Of a DNA stretch of 64,000 bases, positions 33,772-43,493 are shown one piece after another. The stretch is from an uncultured cyanobacterium (GTDB lineage Bacteria > Cyanobacteriota > Cyanobacteriia > Cyanobacteriales > Nostocaceae): positions 448,001 through 512,000 of the forward strand of contig CAVUDP010000004.1 in assembly GCA_963740315.1 (NCBI GenBank). Direction: 5' to 3'. The translations under genes were made by a program, and so were the position numbers. Position 1 is the stretch's first letter; every line of letters starts with the position of its first letter. The notes below the pieces were generated by a model. It was not told the origin of the DNA and did no database searches. It was given only the letters and a program-made list of their open reading frames with translations.

Positions 33772-34810
33772 TTAATTCTCACTCTTTTGAATAGATTCTA
33801 TTTCAGAAATCAGCTTGTTAGTATATACTTTGGCGGCAGAATAAACTAAATGGTCGGCATTTTCCATCTGCTCTTTAGGAAAAGTTATTGGCTCTCGGAT
33901 GTAATGTACTCTGTCACTTTTAGCAGCATAAGCACCGAGAGTATCTTGAAGCTGACTATAATAAGCTTTAAAATCCTTATCTTCGTAAAGTTTCTCATAT
34001 ATAGGACTGTTAGCTAAATAGATATTAAAATCATGCTTTTCTGCAAGACTTACTATGCGTTCTAAAGCTTTACTATTATTCTCTGAAAGCTTAAATTTAT
34101 TTTTTTTCGCGAACTCTATATTCGTCTTCTTCTGTGCTTCCACATACTCAGGGTTTGGTTTTTCCCAAATCATAAAGCCGTCTTCCTCAAGCCGTAAACT
34201 TTGGCTGCGATTAAACGTATCGTAAGGAAACTTTAATAATTCTGAAAGGCTTTTGTTTTCCGAATAAAGTGGGATGTATCGAATCGACAAACAATTGGGC
34301 AGTATCTTTGAGTCCCAAATCAACTCGTGGTTCTAGCTGCTGCCAGTAGCCCCAATTTAAAGGTATTTTAGCTAACAAAGAACGATTAACTTCACGACTC
34401 CAAGCATCGTGGACATGAACTATAAGAACGTTTTTGGGAACCCCAAATCGCTGTATATACTTCTCCAGCATCCACGCATCGTCTAAAGTCAACATATCCC
34501 CAATGGTACAAAGATTTATAGAATTAACATTGAGCTTTTCATCAACAATGCTTGGAACTACTCCTTGATTACAGCTAGAATCTCCCAGAATTAACCAGTC
34601 AACAGGCTTTTTTTGGTTGAGTAAAAGTTCCCATTTCTCGTTAATCAGCCAATAAGCACGATTAGTTGTATTTTCCTTTAAATACAGTTTGGCTGCAAAA
34701 TTAAAAAGAATAATAAAAATAAAAGTTCCTAGTAATGATAGTAGAAATTCTTTACTTTTTACTGGTGTGACAATTTCTTGTGGTAATTGTTGATTTTTAG
34801 GTTGCGCCAT
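33772..34810 (-). pseudogene. Membrane-anchored SGNH-like (DltD/AlgJ-like) MBOAT partner, split by a +1 insertion at ~34282
   Basis: N-terminal TM, ILGDSS, C-terminal NADHL; deleting one base joins the ORFs as AQLFVDRYIPLYSENKS (345 aa). Confidence 0.8.
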
Positions 34811-34856
34811 TGATTTTTATTTGGTATAAGTTGTTATTTTAGATTAAAATATTTGA

Positions 34857-36278
34857 TTAAAATTGGAAGTAAATAAATTCTCCTGCTTCGCGAGTTCCAA
34901 AAATACAAATCCAAATAATTAAAAAACTATATATTGGAACTCTAATTACAGGTTTTAATTTTGTTAAAATCAGTAGGTCACGAGTTACATACTGGTAAAT
35001 TTGAATTAAAAGCAGCGGTAAGCACAAAAATACCAAGTCATATCCCCAGAGTAAAGATTGGTTTGATATACCAAGTCCGATGTTAGAGAGCATATAGTAG
35101 ATTTGATTTATTGAACTTGAGCGAAAGATTAGCCAGCCAATATTTGTGAGGATAAACATTAGCAGCATCTTACCAAAGATACGCAGGTAAGAATATTTAC
35201 CGCACCAAGGATCTAAATGTTCTGGTTCTTTATCAAAAAGGCGATAGATAATCAGAATTAACCCTTGAAATGCTCCCCAAATAACAAAATTCCAAGCCGC
35301 TCCATGCCAAAGTCCACCCAAAAGCATAGTTAAAAACAGGTTACGGTAAGTGTTAAAGCTTCCTCGACGATTACCACCCAATGGTATATAAAGATAATCT
35401 CGCAACCAAGTTGATAGCGAAATATGCCATCGCAACCAAAAATCACTGGGATTGAGAGCAAAATATGGCAGCTTAAAATTCACCATTAATTCAAATCCCA
35501 TTAGCTTAGAAAGCCCTCGCGCAATATCGGAATAACCCGAAAAGTCTCCATATATTTGGATTGTAAAAGCAAGAATAGCGATCGCGATATCCAGTCCTTG
35601 ATATTGTGTATAATTATTAAATACTGAGTTAGCAATATTCGCCATATTATCGGCGATTACTAGTTTCTTAAAATATCCCCAAATAATTAGATAAATCCCA
35701 GCATTGATTTGTTCTAATTTCAAATATCGTGGTGAGATAATTTGGGGTATAAGAGTAGTTGCACGTTCTATGGGACCTGCTACTAACTGCGGGAAGAAGG
35801 AAACAAATAGAGCAAAATCAAGGAAACTATTAATCGGGTGTAAATTTCTTTTGTAAACATCGATGGTATAACTCATCGTTTGGAATGTATAGAAAGAAAT
35901 TCCTACTGGTAGCAGAACATTCAAAGTAACCCAGTCAATTTCCATTCCAAAAGCTTGAAATAAACCAGTAAAACTTTCTGCGAAGAAATTAAAATATTTG
36001 AAAAAACCTAGAAGAGATAAGTTAAAACAGATTGAAATAAACAATAGTAGTTTTCGCTTCCTTTCTTCTTCGGTATTTTGCAGTAATTTTCCTACAGTAA
36101 AATCAACTATTGTTGAAAGAGCAAGCAGTGAAGTAAAACGCCAATCCCAGTAACCGTAAAATATGTAGCTAGCAATTAATAGCACAATATTTTGTGCTTT
36201 ATAGTGATTTTTTAATAGCAGGTAAAGTGTATAAACAAGGATAAAAAATCCAACGAAGGTAAACGAATTAAATAACAA
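34857..36278 (-). CDS. MBOAT family O-acyltransferase (AlgI/DltB-like)
   Basis: LPVGISFYTFQ, FFPQLVAGPI, DFSGYSDIA, FWLRWHISLS, GLWHGA, FIYFQF. Confidence 0.95.
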   Translation of the reverse strand: MLFNSFTFVGFFILVYTLYLLLKNHYKAQNIVLLIASYIFYGYWDWRFTSLLALSTIVDFTVGKLLQNTEEERKRKLLLFISICFNLSLLGFFKYFNFFAESFTGLFQAFGMEIDWVTLNVLLPVGISFYTFQTMSYTIDVYKRNLHPINSFLDFALFVSFFPQLVAGPIERATTLIPQIISPRYLKLEQINAGIYLIIWGYFKKLVIADNMANIANSVFNNYTQYQGLDIAIAILAFTIQIYGDFSGYSDIARGLSKLMGFELMVNFKLPYFALNPSDFWLRWHISLSTWLRDYLYIPLGGNRRGSFNTYRNLFLTMLLGGLWHGAAWNFVIWGAFQGLILIIYRLFDKEPEHLDPWCGKYSYLRIFGKMLLMFILTNIGWLIFRSSSINQIYYMLSNIGLGISNQSLLWGYDLVFLCLPLLLIQIYQYVTRDLLILTKLKPVIRVPIYSFLIIWICIFGTREAGEFIYFQF

Positions 36279-36405
36279 ATTAGATTTTCCTTTTTGATGC
36301 TTAGTATTTTTTGATGCTAAATATTAACAATTTAATTTATTTTTTAATATAAAATTTACGATTAAATAAATGATTTAATCTTTAAATTTAGCAACCAAAC
36401 TAGAT

Positions 36406-37389
36406 TTATAAATTTAAATATGGCTTTATTAGCTCTATCAATTTTAGCGTGCGAAGTTTGACTCCGCGATCGTGAAGATGATAGTTGCTATCATAAAACA
36501 TAGATTTATCGAACATAAAATCCTCTGCTTTACCAATCACGGAAACATTATTGTTTGCATAGAATTTCCCGATACTATCTAAAAATGTCTGTTGCTTTTC
36601 TTGTTTATAAATATCAAAATAAGTAGTGTTAGGATAACTAGCTAATACTTTAATATTATTTTGTTTGCACCAATTGATAAATTTAGTTATACTTTGTATC
36701 GCTTTATTGTTTATATTTATAGAATCCCAATGTTCTACCCCACCCAAAGGTAATATTGTAGCTTGTTGTTTTAATAATTCTTTCGTCATGTTAGCTTCAA
36801 TATTATCGATGTTATCTCCATATTCGTTATGAGTCTTTTGAAAATTATTTTTAGTTGTCTCAATATTTTGGAGCGGGTGAAATTTTGCTAATATTCCCTC
36901 TTTTAATCGCTGTAAAGAGATGCTGCTCAAAAATTGAACTTTAGTTTTGAAGTCAAGCGATAATAAATACTCTAAGTCATGAGACATTACATAATCAATT
37001 ACTTTAACATTAGGTCTATTATTAGTATTGTAATAATAATATTCTAAAGCCAGAAGCGCTGTATCTCCAGGCTTGAGCCATTTTTTAGGCATATTAAGAA
37101 TATAATCAACACTCATATCAGCAATAGTACCTCCATTAAAACAAGGAATTCCTGTTTGCTCTACAATTAACTTACAACTAATACCAATACGTGCGCTTGA
37201 GCCTCCAATTATTGCTAATTTTGGTGAATTGATAGAATTAGCAACTTTGGTTTTAAAATTATATAATTCTGACCGTTCTAAAGAACTTTGTGTAGGAACT
37301 CCTAATTGAAAGATAACAGCAAAAGCGAAAGCAAAACAACCAAATAAAAAACCTAAAGATATTCCCTTTAAAAAGCTCTTATAGTTCAT
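36406..37389 (-). CDS. Membrane-anchored SGNH-like (DltD/AlgJ-like) MBOAT partner
   Basis: N-terminal TM, IIGGSS, C-terminal FYDSNYHL (DxxxH); follows an MBOAT gene. Confidence 0.75.
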   Translation of the reverse strand: MNYKSFLKGISLGFLFGCFAFAFAVIFQLGVPTQSSLERSELYNFKTKVANSINSPKLAIIGGSSARIGISCKLIVEQTGIPCFNGGTIADMSVDYILNMPKKWLKPGDTALLALEYYYYNTNNRPNVKVIDYVMSHDLEYLLSLDFKTKVQFLSSISLQRLKEGILAKFHPLQNIETTKNNFQKTHNEYGDNIDNIEANMTKELLKQQATILPLGGVEHWDSININNKAIQSITKFINWCKQNNIKVLASYPNTTYFDIYKQEKQQTFLDSIGKFYANNNVSVIGKAEDFMFDKSMFYDSNYHLHDRGVKLRTLKLIELIKPYLNL

Positions 37390-37404
37390 AATTTGTGTAA
37401 ATCC

Positions 37405-38922
37405 TTAAAAGTTAAAATATAAAAATTCGCTTTCTGGAGCTTGAATCAGCATCTTAACTACAGCAAATATTCCTAAACCAAATATAATTCCTCCAATAAT
37501 ATTTGGCTGCCAGCAATAATTTTTAAGTTCAATCACCAAGTTTTTTTTATGTCTCTTTGTTCCAGATTTGCTATATATTTGGAAATAAGATGATACTAAT
37601 TGATTAGTGTTGGGTAAACACCAAATAATAATACCTAAAAAGATTAACTGTCCGATAAATTCAAATCCATTTTTTGATAAAACATTAAGCGATAAAGAAA
37701 TACCATTTTTTCCGCACATTGCTCCTAACATGGCAAAAGCAGCATTCATATTCTCCGCTCTGAAAAATACCCATGCGAGTGCAACCGCTAAAAAAGTTAG
37801 CACACAGCCTAATGCTTGATTCCACCAAGAATCAGATTGCAAATTGTGTCCTAAAGATTTTCGTAAAGCACGCCATTGATGATTGACTATTAAATAAAAC
37901 CCATGCAAACCTCCCCACACAATAAAAGTCCAACCAGCACCATGCCAAAGCCCTCCTAATAACATAGTTATCATTAAGTTAAGATTACGTTTTAGTTTTC
38001 CCTGACGATTCCCACCCAAAGGAATATAAAGATAATCTCGTAGAAAGTTAGAAAGAGTAATATGCCAGCGCCGCCAAAAATCGCTTATACTAATTGCTTT
38101 ATAAGGAGAATTAAAGTTATCTGGCAGCTTAATTCCAAACATTCTGCTTATGCCAATTGCCATATCTGAATAACCAGAGAAATCAAAGTAAAGCTGAAAC
38201 GTATAGGCGAATGTCCCCAGCCAAGCATCTAAAAAACTAAGTCCACCCCCAGCAGCAGCATCAAATGTTTGGTTGGCAACCCCAGCGACGATACTATCTG
38301 CTAGTAAAACTTTTTTGAATAAACCTAGAAAAAAAAAGGTTAAACCCACGGCGATATTTTTGGAATTGAAACAACTAATAAATTTATTAGTAAATTGAGG
38401 AATAATTTCCTTATGGTGAACAATTGGTCCTGCAATTAATTGAGGAAAAAAGGAAACAAATAAACTATAATGTAAAAGACTATATTCTTTTGTTTCTCCT
38501 CGATAACTATCTATTATGTAGGCTATTTGTTGAAAAGTAAAAAAAGAAATACCTAAAGGAAGAATAATCTGATGATGGGAAAAGTTTGTATTAATAATCG
38601 CGTTTAGATTATCAATAAAAAAGTTTGTGTATTTAAAATAAGCAATTAACGCCAAATTAATAGCAATTCCTAGAATTAAGATATTTTTCTTAATAATTGG
38701 TTTGTTCGAGTCTTTACTCAAAAAAAATCCAATACAGTAGTTTAGTAAAATCGAAAATACCAGCAAGCCAAGATATTTAGGATTCCACCAAGCATAGAAA
38801 AAAAGCGAAGTTGCAACACAGCAAATTATCCATTGAGAAAAAAATGTTTTACTGGTGAAGAAATACGATAACAAATTAAGTGGGAGAAACAGGAGAATGA
38901 ATTCAATTGAATGGAATAACAT
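37405..38922 (-). CDS. MBOAT family O-acyltransferase (AlgI/DltB-like)
   Basis: LPLGISFFTFQQI, FFPQLIAGPI, DFSGYSDMA, FWRRWHITLS, GLWHGA, FLYFNF. Confidence 0.95.
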   Translation of the reverse strand: MLFHSIEFILLFLPLNLLSYFFTSKTFFSQWIICCVATSLFFYAWWNPKYLGLLVFSILLNYCIGFFLSKDSNKPIIKKNILILGIAINLALIAYFKYTNFFIDNLNAIINTNFSHHQIILPLGISFFTFQQIAYIIDSYRGETKEYSLLHYSLFVSFFPQLIAGPIVHHKEIIPQFTNKFISCFNSKNIAVGLTFFFLGLFKKVLLADSIVAGVANQTFDAAAGGGLSFLDAWLGTFAYTFQLYFDFSGYSDMAIGISRMFGIKLPDNFNSPYKAISISDFWRRWHITLSNFLRDYLYIPLGGNRQGKLKRNLNLMITMLLGGLWHGAGWTFIVWGGLHGFYLIVNHQWRALRKSLGHNLQSDSWWNQALGCVLTFLAVALAWVFFRAENMNAAFAMLGAMCGKNGISLSLNVLSKNGFEFIGQLIFLGIIIWCLPNTNQLVSSYFQIYSKSGTKRHKKNLVIELKNYCWQPNIIGGIIFGLGIFAVVKMLIQAPESEFLYFNF

Positions 38923-38957
38923 CTGATAACTTAAAAATAAGATAAAGTTTTGACGAA

Positions 38958-39878
38958 TTAGTGACGGAAATAACTTTTACGGTAAAAATAAAAGTAGATA
39001 GAAAAAAGATTAGTAGCCTTTTTCCATTTCGGAATTTGAGATTGCTTAACTATAGACTTATAAATCTGAAATTCTTCTTGATTCGGTTTAGAAATTGTTT
39101 TGAATTCAAGATGAGCAAATCGATCTAAGTCATCTGGATGATTCGTTTTTTCGGAAAAAAAGGAAAATAAACGAGTAATAGCTTGATCGTATCGCTCTAA
39201 ATATTCAGATGTCCTTTTTTCTTTGCGTCCGTAATGATTATTACTACCATGCGCTCGATATTTTACTAAAGGTTGAGCAAGATAAGATTTTCTTGCTTCT
39301 ACTATTGAAGCTCCGAAAACTAAGCAATCATCAGCACGAGCGCGCCAATCTTCAAGATAAGGAATTGGTAAAAATTTCTCTAGTACACTCCTACGCATTG
39401 AAAGAGTAGATGTCCGATTACCTACCCATACTTTTTTATAGATAGCAGCAATTTTAGAATAGCCAAGATCGCGATTATTTTCGTAACAATTAGCAATTCT
39501 TTCTTCATTACCAAATATCTCAACACCACAAAACAAAAAATCAAACTTTGGATTCTCTTGATAAAATTTAACTACTTCTAGAATGTAATTTTCTTTATAC
39601 AGGTCATCAGCATCTAGAAAACAGATAATATCTCCTCTAGAAGCTAAAAAGCCCTCGTTAAAACTTGAAAGCTGTCCTTCATTTCAATCTTTAAGTATCA
39701 GCTTAACAATTTCGTGGTTTGAGAATTTTTCTTGCAATATTTGTGCTGAATTGTCTGTTGATTTATCATCAACAACAATAATTTCATCTACAGGATGAGA
39801 TTGGTTTAAAACACTCTCAATTGCATCAACAACATAGTCTTGATAGTTGTAGTTGTTGATAAGAACGGAAATTATCAT
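38958..39878 (-). pseudogene. Glycosyltransferase family 2 with one in-frame TGA at 39684-39686
   Basis: Reads ..LILKD*NEGQLSSFNEGFLASRGDIICFLDADDLY.. in one frame (307 codons). Confidence 0.88.
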
Positions 39879-39947
39879 GCAAAAAACCTTAGCTTAAAGA
39901 TATAAATTTGATTATTTTTTAGTTGACGAAAATATATATCAAAATAT

Positions 39948-40598
39948 TCATTTTTTATTTGAGCCTGAACGTCGATACCAGGTAGCTCCCAAAATTAGCA
40001 CTCCTATCAAACTCAATGCTCCTATCAATGGCAAGATATCTCCGGTTCTTAATGCCTTTAAGCCAGAACTACCTAATAACACAAAAGGTAAAACACCGGG
40101 TATAGTACCTAGTACTGTACCTAGAAAATAATCTTTGAAGCTTACTGAAGTTAAACCAGCCACAAAGTTAACTAAACCATAGGGAATTATTGGCAGTAAT
40201 CGAATCGCAAATATGTAAAAGACTCCTCCTCGAAGTAGTTCAGCATCCATTGCTCGACAACTACTAGCAAACTTTTTCACTAATGCTTTACGCGCAAAAC
40301 TACGACTATAGGTAAAAGATACCATTGCGGCAGTTATTGCAGCAATACTAGTCCAAAGAGTACCAAACCATAGACCAAAAATTGCTCCTCCGGTTAAATT
40401 AAGTGCTGTTGAAGGCAGTACTAACACCGTTGCGACAATATAGAGAACTATATATACAGCAGGTGCCCAAATGCCAGCCTGTCTTAGCCATTCCTGAAGT
40501 TGCTCTGGCTTGATGCCTCCAAGTAAATGCATAACCAAAGCAGTTAAGAAAAAGCAAACAAATGTCAACAAGAAAACAAAACGCTTAGAACTGAGCAT
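39948..40598 (-). CDS. TVP38/TMEM64 (DedA superfamily) membrane protein
   Basis: LPSTALNLTGGAIFG, IRLLPIIPYGLVNF..GL. Confidence 0.92.
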   Translation of the reverse strand: MLSSKRFVFLLTFVCFFLTALVMHLLGGIKPEQLQEWLRQAGIWAPAVYIVLYIVATVLVLPSTALNLTGGAIFGLWFGTLWTSIAAITAAMVSFTYSRSFARKALVKKFASSCRAMDAELLRGGVFYIFAIRLLPIIPYGLVNFVAGLTSVSFKDYFLGTVLGTIPGVLPFVLLGSSGLKALRTGDILPLIGALSLIGVLILGATWYRRSGSNKK

Positions 40599-40675
40599 TA
40601 GCCCTACCTGTCTAATCAGACATTACATTTATCTTTAAAAAAAGTAAGTTATTCGCAATACATTGGTAATTAATT

Positions 40676-41701
40676 TTACCTATCTGGATTAACTATTATT
40701 GAGGTGGACACTTTTTCACTTAGTTGAAAATCACCATACAATTCAGCTTTTTGCTTAAAACCGTAAACTTCCCGAACTAAATAAAGAGGTCTATTTTTTA
40801 CTTCTTCAAAAATACGACCTATGTATTCACCAATTATCCCTAAAGTTAGTAATTGCACTCCTCCTAAAAATAGTATGGCTACCATTAAGGAGGCGTAGCC
40901 AGGAACATCAATCCCAAAGAGTAAAGTCCGAACTATTAAAACCCCCGCATAAAGGAATGCTGTTAGAGAAAATATCACGCCAATATAACTCCAAACCTTT
41001 AAAGGTAGAAGACTAAATGAAGTAATACCGTCAATCGCAAAATTCCAAAGTCGCCAATAGTTCCATTTGGTAGTTCCCTTATAACGGTTAGGGCGATCGT
41101 AAAAGATGGAAGTTTGTTTGAAACCAACCCAAGAAAATATGCCTTTCATAAAACGTGTTTTTTCAGGCATTTGCTTGACAGCTTCAACTGCACGCCGATC
41201 GAGCAAACGAAAATCTCCGGTATTCGGTGGAATTTGTACGTGACCTATTCGACCGATAATTTTGTAGAAAATATTGGCAGTAAAACGCTTAATCCAACTA
41301 TCACCCTGACGAGAACGACGAGTTCCATAAACAACATCGTAGCCTTCATGCCATTTGTCAATCATTTCCCCGATCAGTTCGGGCGGATCTTGCAAATCGG
41401 CATCAATTGGGATGATAGCAGCACCATTCGCGAAATCAATACCAGCACTTAGAGCAGCCTCTTTACCAAAATTACGAGATAGATTAATAACTTTGATTAC
41501 CGGATTCGAGTAATGGTGCTGGATCAAACACTTGAGGGTATTATCTTTACTGCCATCATTTATACAAATGATTTCGTATTTGATATTTAGTTTATCCAGT
41601 GTTGTTGTTAAACGTTCAAATAGGTAATCAAGATTTGATTCTTCATTGTATACAGGAATAACTACGGAAATTTCAACATCTTTTTCTGAATTAGATACCA
41701 T
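40676..41701 (-). CDS. GtrB-like polyprenyl-phosphate glycosyltransferase (GT2)
   Basis: NDGSKD, LSRNFGKEAAL, IDADLQDPP, TGDFRLLDR, two C-terminal TMs, GEYIGRIFEEVK.RPLY. Confidence 0.93.
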   Translation of the reverse strand: MVSNSEKDVEISVVIPVYNEESNLDYLFERLTTTLDKLNIKYEIICINDGSKDNTLKCLIQHHYSNPVIKVINLSRNFGKEAALSAGIDFANGAAIIPIDADLQDPPELIGEMIDKWHEGYDVVYGTRRSRQGDSWIKRFTANIFYKIIGRIGHVQIPPNTGDFRLLDRRAVEAVKQMPEKTRFMKGIFSWVGFKQTSIFYDRPNRYKGTTKWNYWRLWNFAIDGITSFSLLPLKVWSYIGVIFSLTAFLYAGVLIVRTLLFGIDVPGYASLMVAILFLGGVQLLTLGIIGEYIGRIFEEVKNRPLYLVREVYGFKQKAELYGDFQLSEKVSTSIIVNPDR

Positions 41702-41815
41702 AATAAATAACGAATTGTTACTGTTGTCAAAAAATAAAGACAGATTAGATTTAGAGAATAAATTCCAAAATTCACGTACATTGAATACACCCTTAAAAAA
41801 TAACTACTAGCAGCC

Positions 41816-43384
41816 TTATACAGAACGTTCTAAATACCAAAGTTTATTTTTATATGCTGGTTTTAGTTTGTATTTTTTTTCTAGTTGGCGTTTTACGGAT
41901 TCTGGTGTCTTGTATAAAAACACATTTCTGAATTCTGTAGGAATTTCTGGTAAATTCGGCTCAATAATTAATTGAAGTTTGACTTTTGGGTCTAATAAGT
42001 GACTTATCACCATAATGTCACCAAAAGTACTACCACCATCGTTAGAAATTTCCCCGCTGACTACTAATGGCATATCTGCTTGATTAATAATCTTAACCAT
42101 TTCTCGATCTTCAATAATGCGTGGATTAAGTAATTGAATTACACCAGACAAAACCGCTACTGCCATTAGCGTGAGTGTAAGCATTCTCAATTGTTTTTGC
42201 AACCCAAATTTGATTTTTGTGGAAGTGAATCCAATAGATAACAAGTAAGCAACAGCGAGTTGGCTTCCCAAGTAAGACGGAACAAAATAACGAGCATTAG
42301 TTGAACGTATTCCGCCAGAAACTATATCTGCCAAGCTTAAACTAACTAAAATTGGTATAATTAATGTAACAACAAATAGCCATTCGTGGTGAGAACTTCG
42401 TCGCCACAGTACATAAATTGAGTACCCCACTAGAAGTGTCATAGCAAAAGCTATCAAAGTTTTGAGAGAACCTGGAAGCCAAAAATTAGTTTCAAAAAAG
42501 ACAGATTGCAGATTAAATATCCAGCGTTTGACTAAATCTTTTACAGGTAGTGACGTATCCATCCAGGCTGTTACTTGCTTGATTTTGTCCAAATGCGTCA
42601 AAATTACTAAAATCCAGGGCAAAAAAGCCACAACTGCAATAAATGATGTTAGTAAATAGGCAATCAATTTTCGACTCAGCCGGAATCCCTCAGTGGCAAC
42701 TACATAAATGAAGTGACCTAACATAACAAATACAGAAAATACAGCAGAATAAAGCGCTACTACTGTAGTTACTGCATAAATTATCCATGCCGATTTTGTG
42801 TCTAATCTCATTGCTCGCAGTAACGACACGCTCATTAGCAAAGTTGTTACCGCCCACAAGCCATACTCCCGCATTTCTTGTGCATAATTTATGTGGAAAG
42901 GAGAGACAGCAGTTAATCCTACTGCTATCCATGCTGTTAGATGTGACCGGAAAAGTTCCAAGCAAAGCCAGTAGATAAAAGGAAATACGAATAAGCTAAT
43001 TAGAACAGGTAAAATCCTATTTGTAGTTAGAGAATCACCGAACCACTGGCTCCAAAACCTTGTCATTACAAAGTAAATGGGTGGGTGATGTTGATCCTCT
43101 TTTACCAAACCATTTATTGTGCCAATTAAGTTTTTTTCCGAATTGACAGTTTGATACTGTCTTAGCTCTTCAACTCCAATTACACCACCATTAAAGACTT
43201 CTTGAGTAACCTCCGGTACTGTATAGCCAGAAGTACGTAATAAAGTATAAGTTTCATCATGCCAATAAGCTCTTTGTTCGAGATTGGCAAATCGAAAAAA
43301 TACACCTAATATTAATAGACTGATAATCAGAATTCTTAACCAAGTTGGAGGGAGTTCCCACCTTTGTTTTAATGTTTTTTTCAT
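41816..43384 (-). CDS. GT-C fold membrane glycosyltransferase (family 39/PMT_2-like)
   Basis: YWHDE, HPPIYF, VSPFHINYAQEMREY, multi-TM, RYF. Confidence 0.88.
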   Translation of the reverse strand: MKKTLKQRWELPPTWLRILIISLLILGVFFRFANLEQRAYWHDETYTLLRTSGYTVPEVTQEVFNGGVIGVEELRQYQTVNSEKNLIGTINGLVKEDQHHPPIYFVMTRFWSQWFGDSLTTNRILPVLISLFVFPFIYWLCLELFRSHLTAWIAVGLTAVSPFHINYAQEMREYGLWAVTTLLMSVSLLRAMRLDTKSAWIIYAVTTVVALYSAVFSVFVMLGHFIYVVATEGFRLSRKLIAYLLTSFIAVVAFLPWILVILTHLDKIKQVTAWMDTSLPVKDLVKRWIFNLQSVFFETNFWLPGSLKTLIAFAMTLLVGYSIYVLWRRSSHHEWLFVVTLIIPILVSLSLADIVSGGIRSTNARYFVPSYLGSQLAVAYLLSIGFTSTKIKFGLQKQLRMLTLTLMAVAVLSGVIQLLNPRIIEDREMVKIINQADMPLVVSGEISNDGGSTFGDIMVISHLLDPKVKLQLIIEPNLPEIPTEFRNVFLYKTPESVKRQLEKKYKLKPAYKNKLWYLERSV

Positions 43385-43493
43385 ATTGCGTGGATATCTA
43401 TATACACGCTTTAAGTATCAAATAAAATCTTACTGAAAAAAAGAATCATTTTATACCTTAATCATGAACTTTTGAAGTAATCAAATGAAGCAA

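Noticed and set aside
39684..39686. Selenocysteine or programmed read-through at the in-frame TGA
   Set aside because: Position is not a catalytic Cys site in GT2 and no obvious SECIS-like hairpin follows; a single C-to-T change explains it
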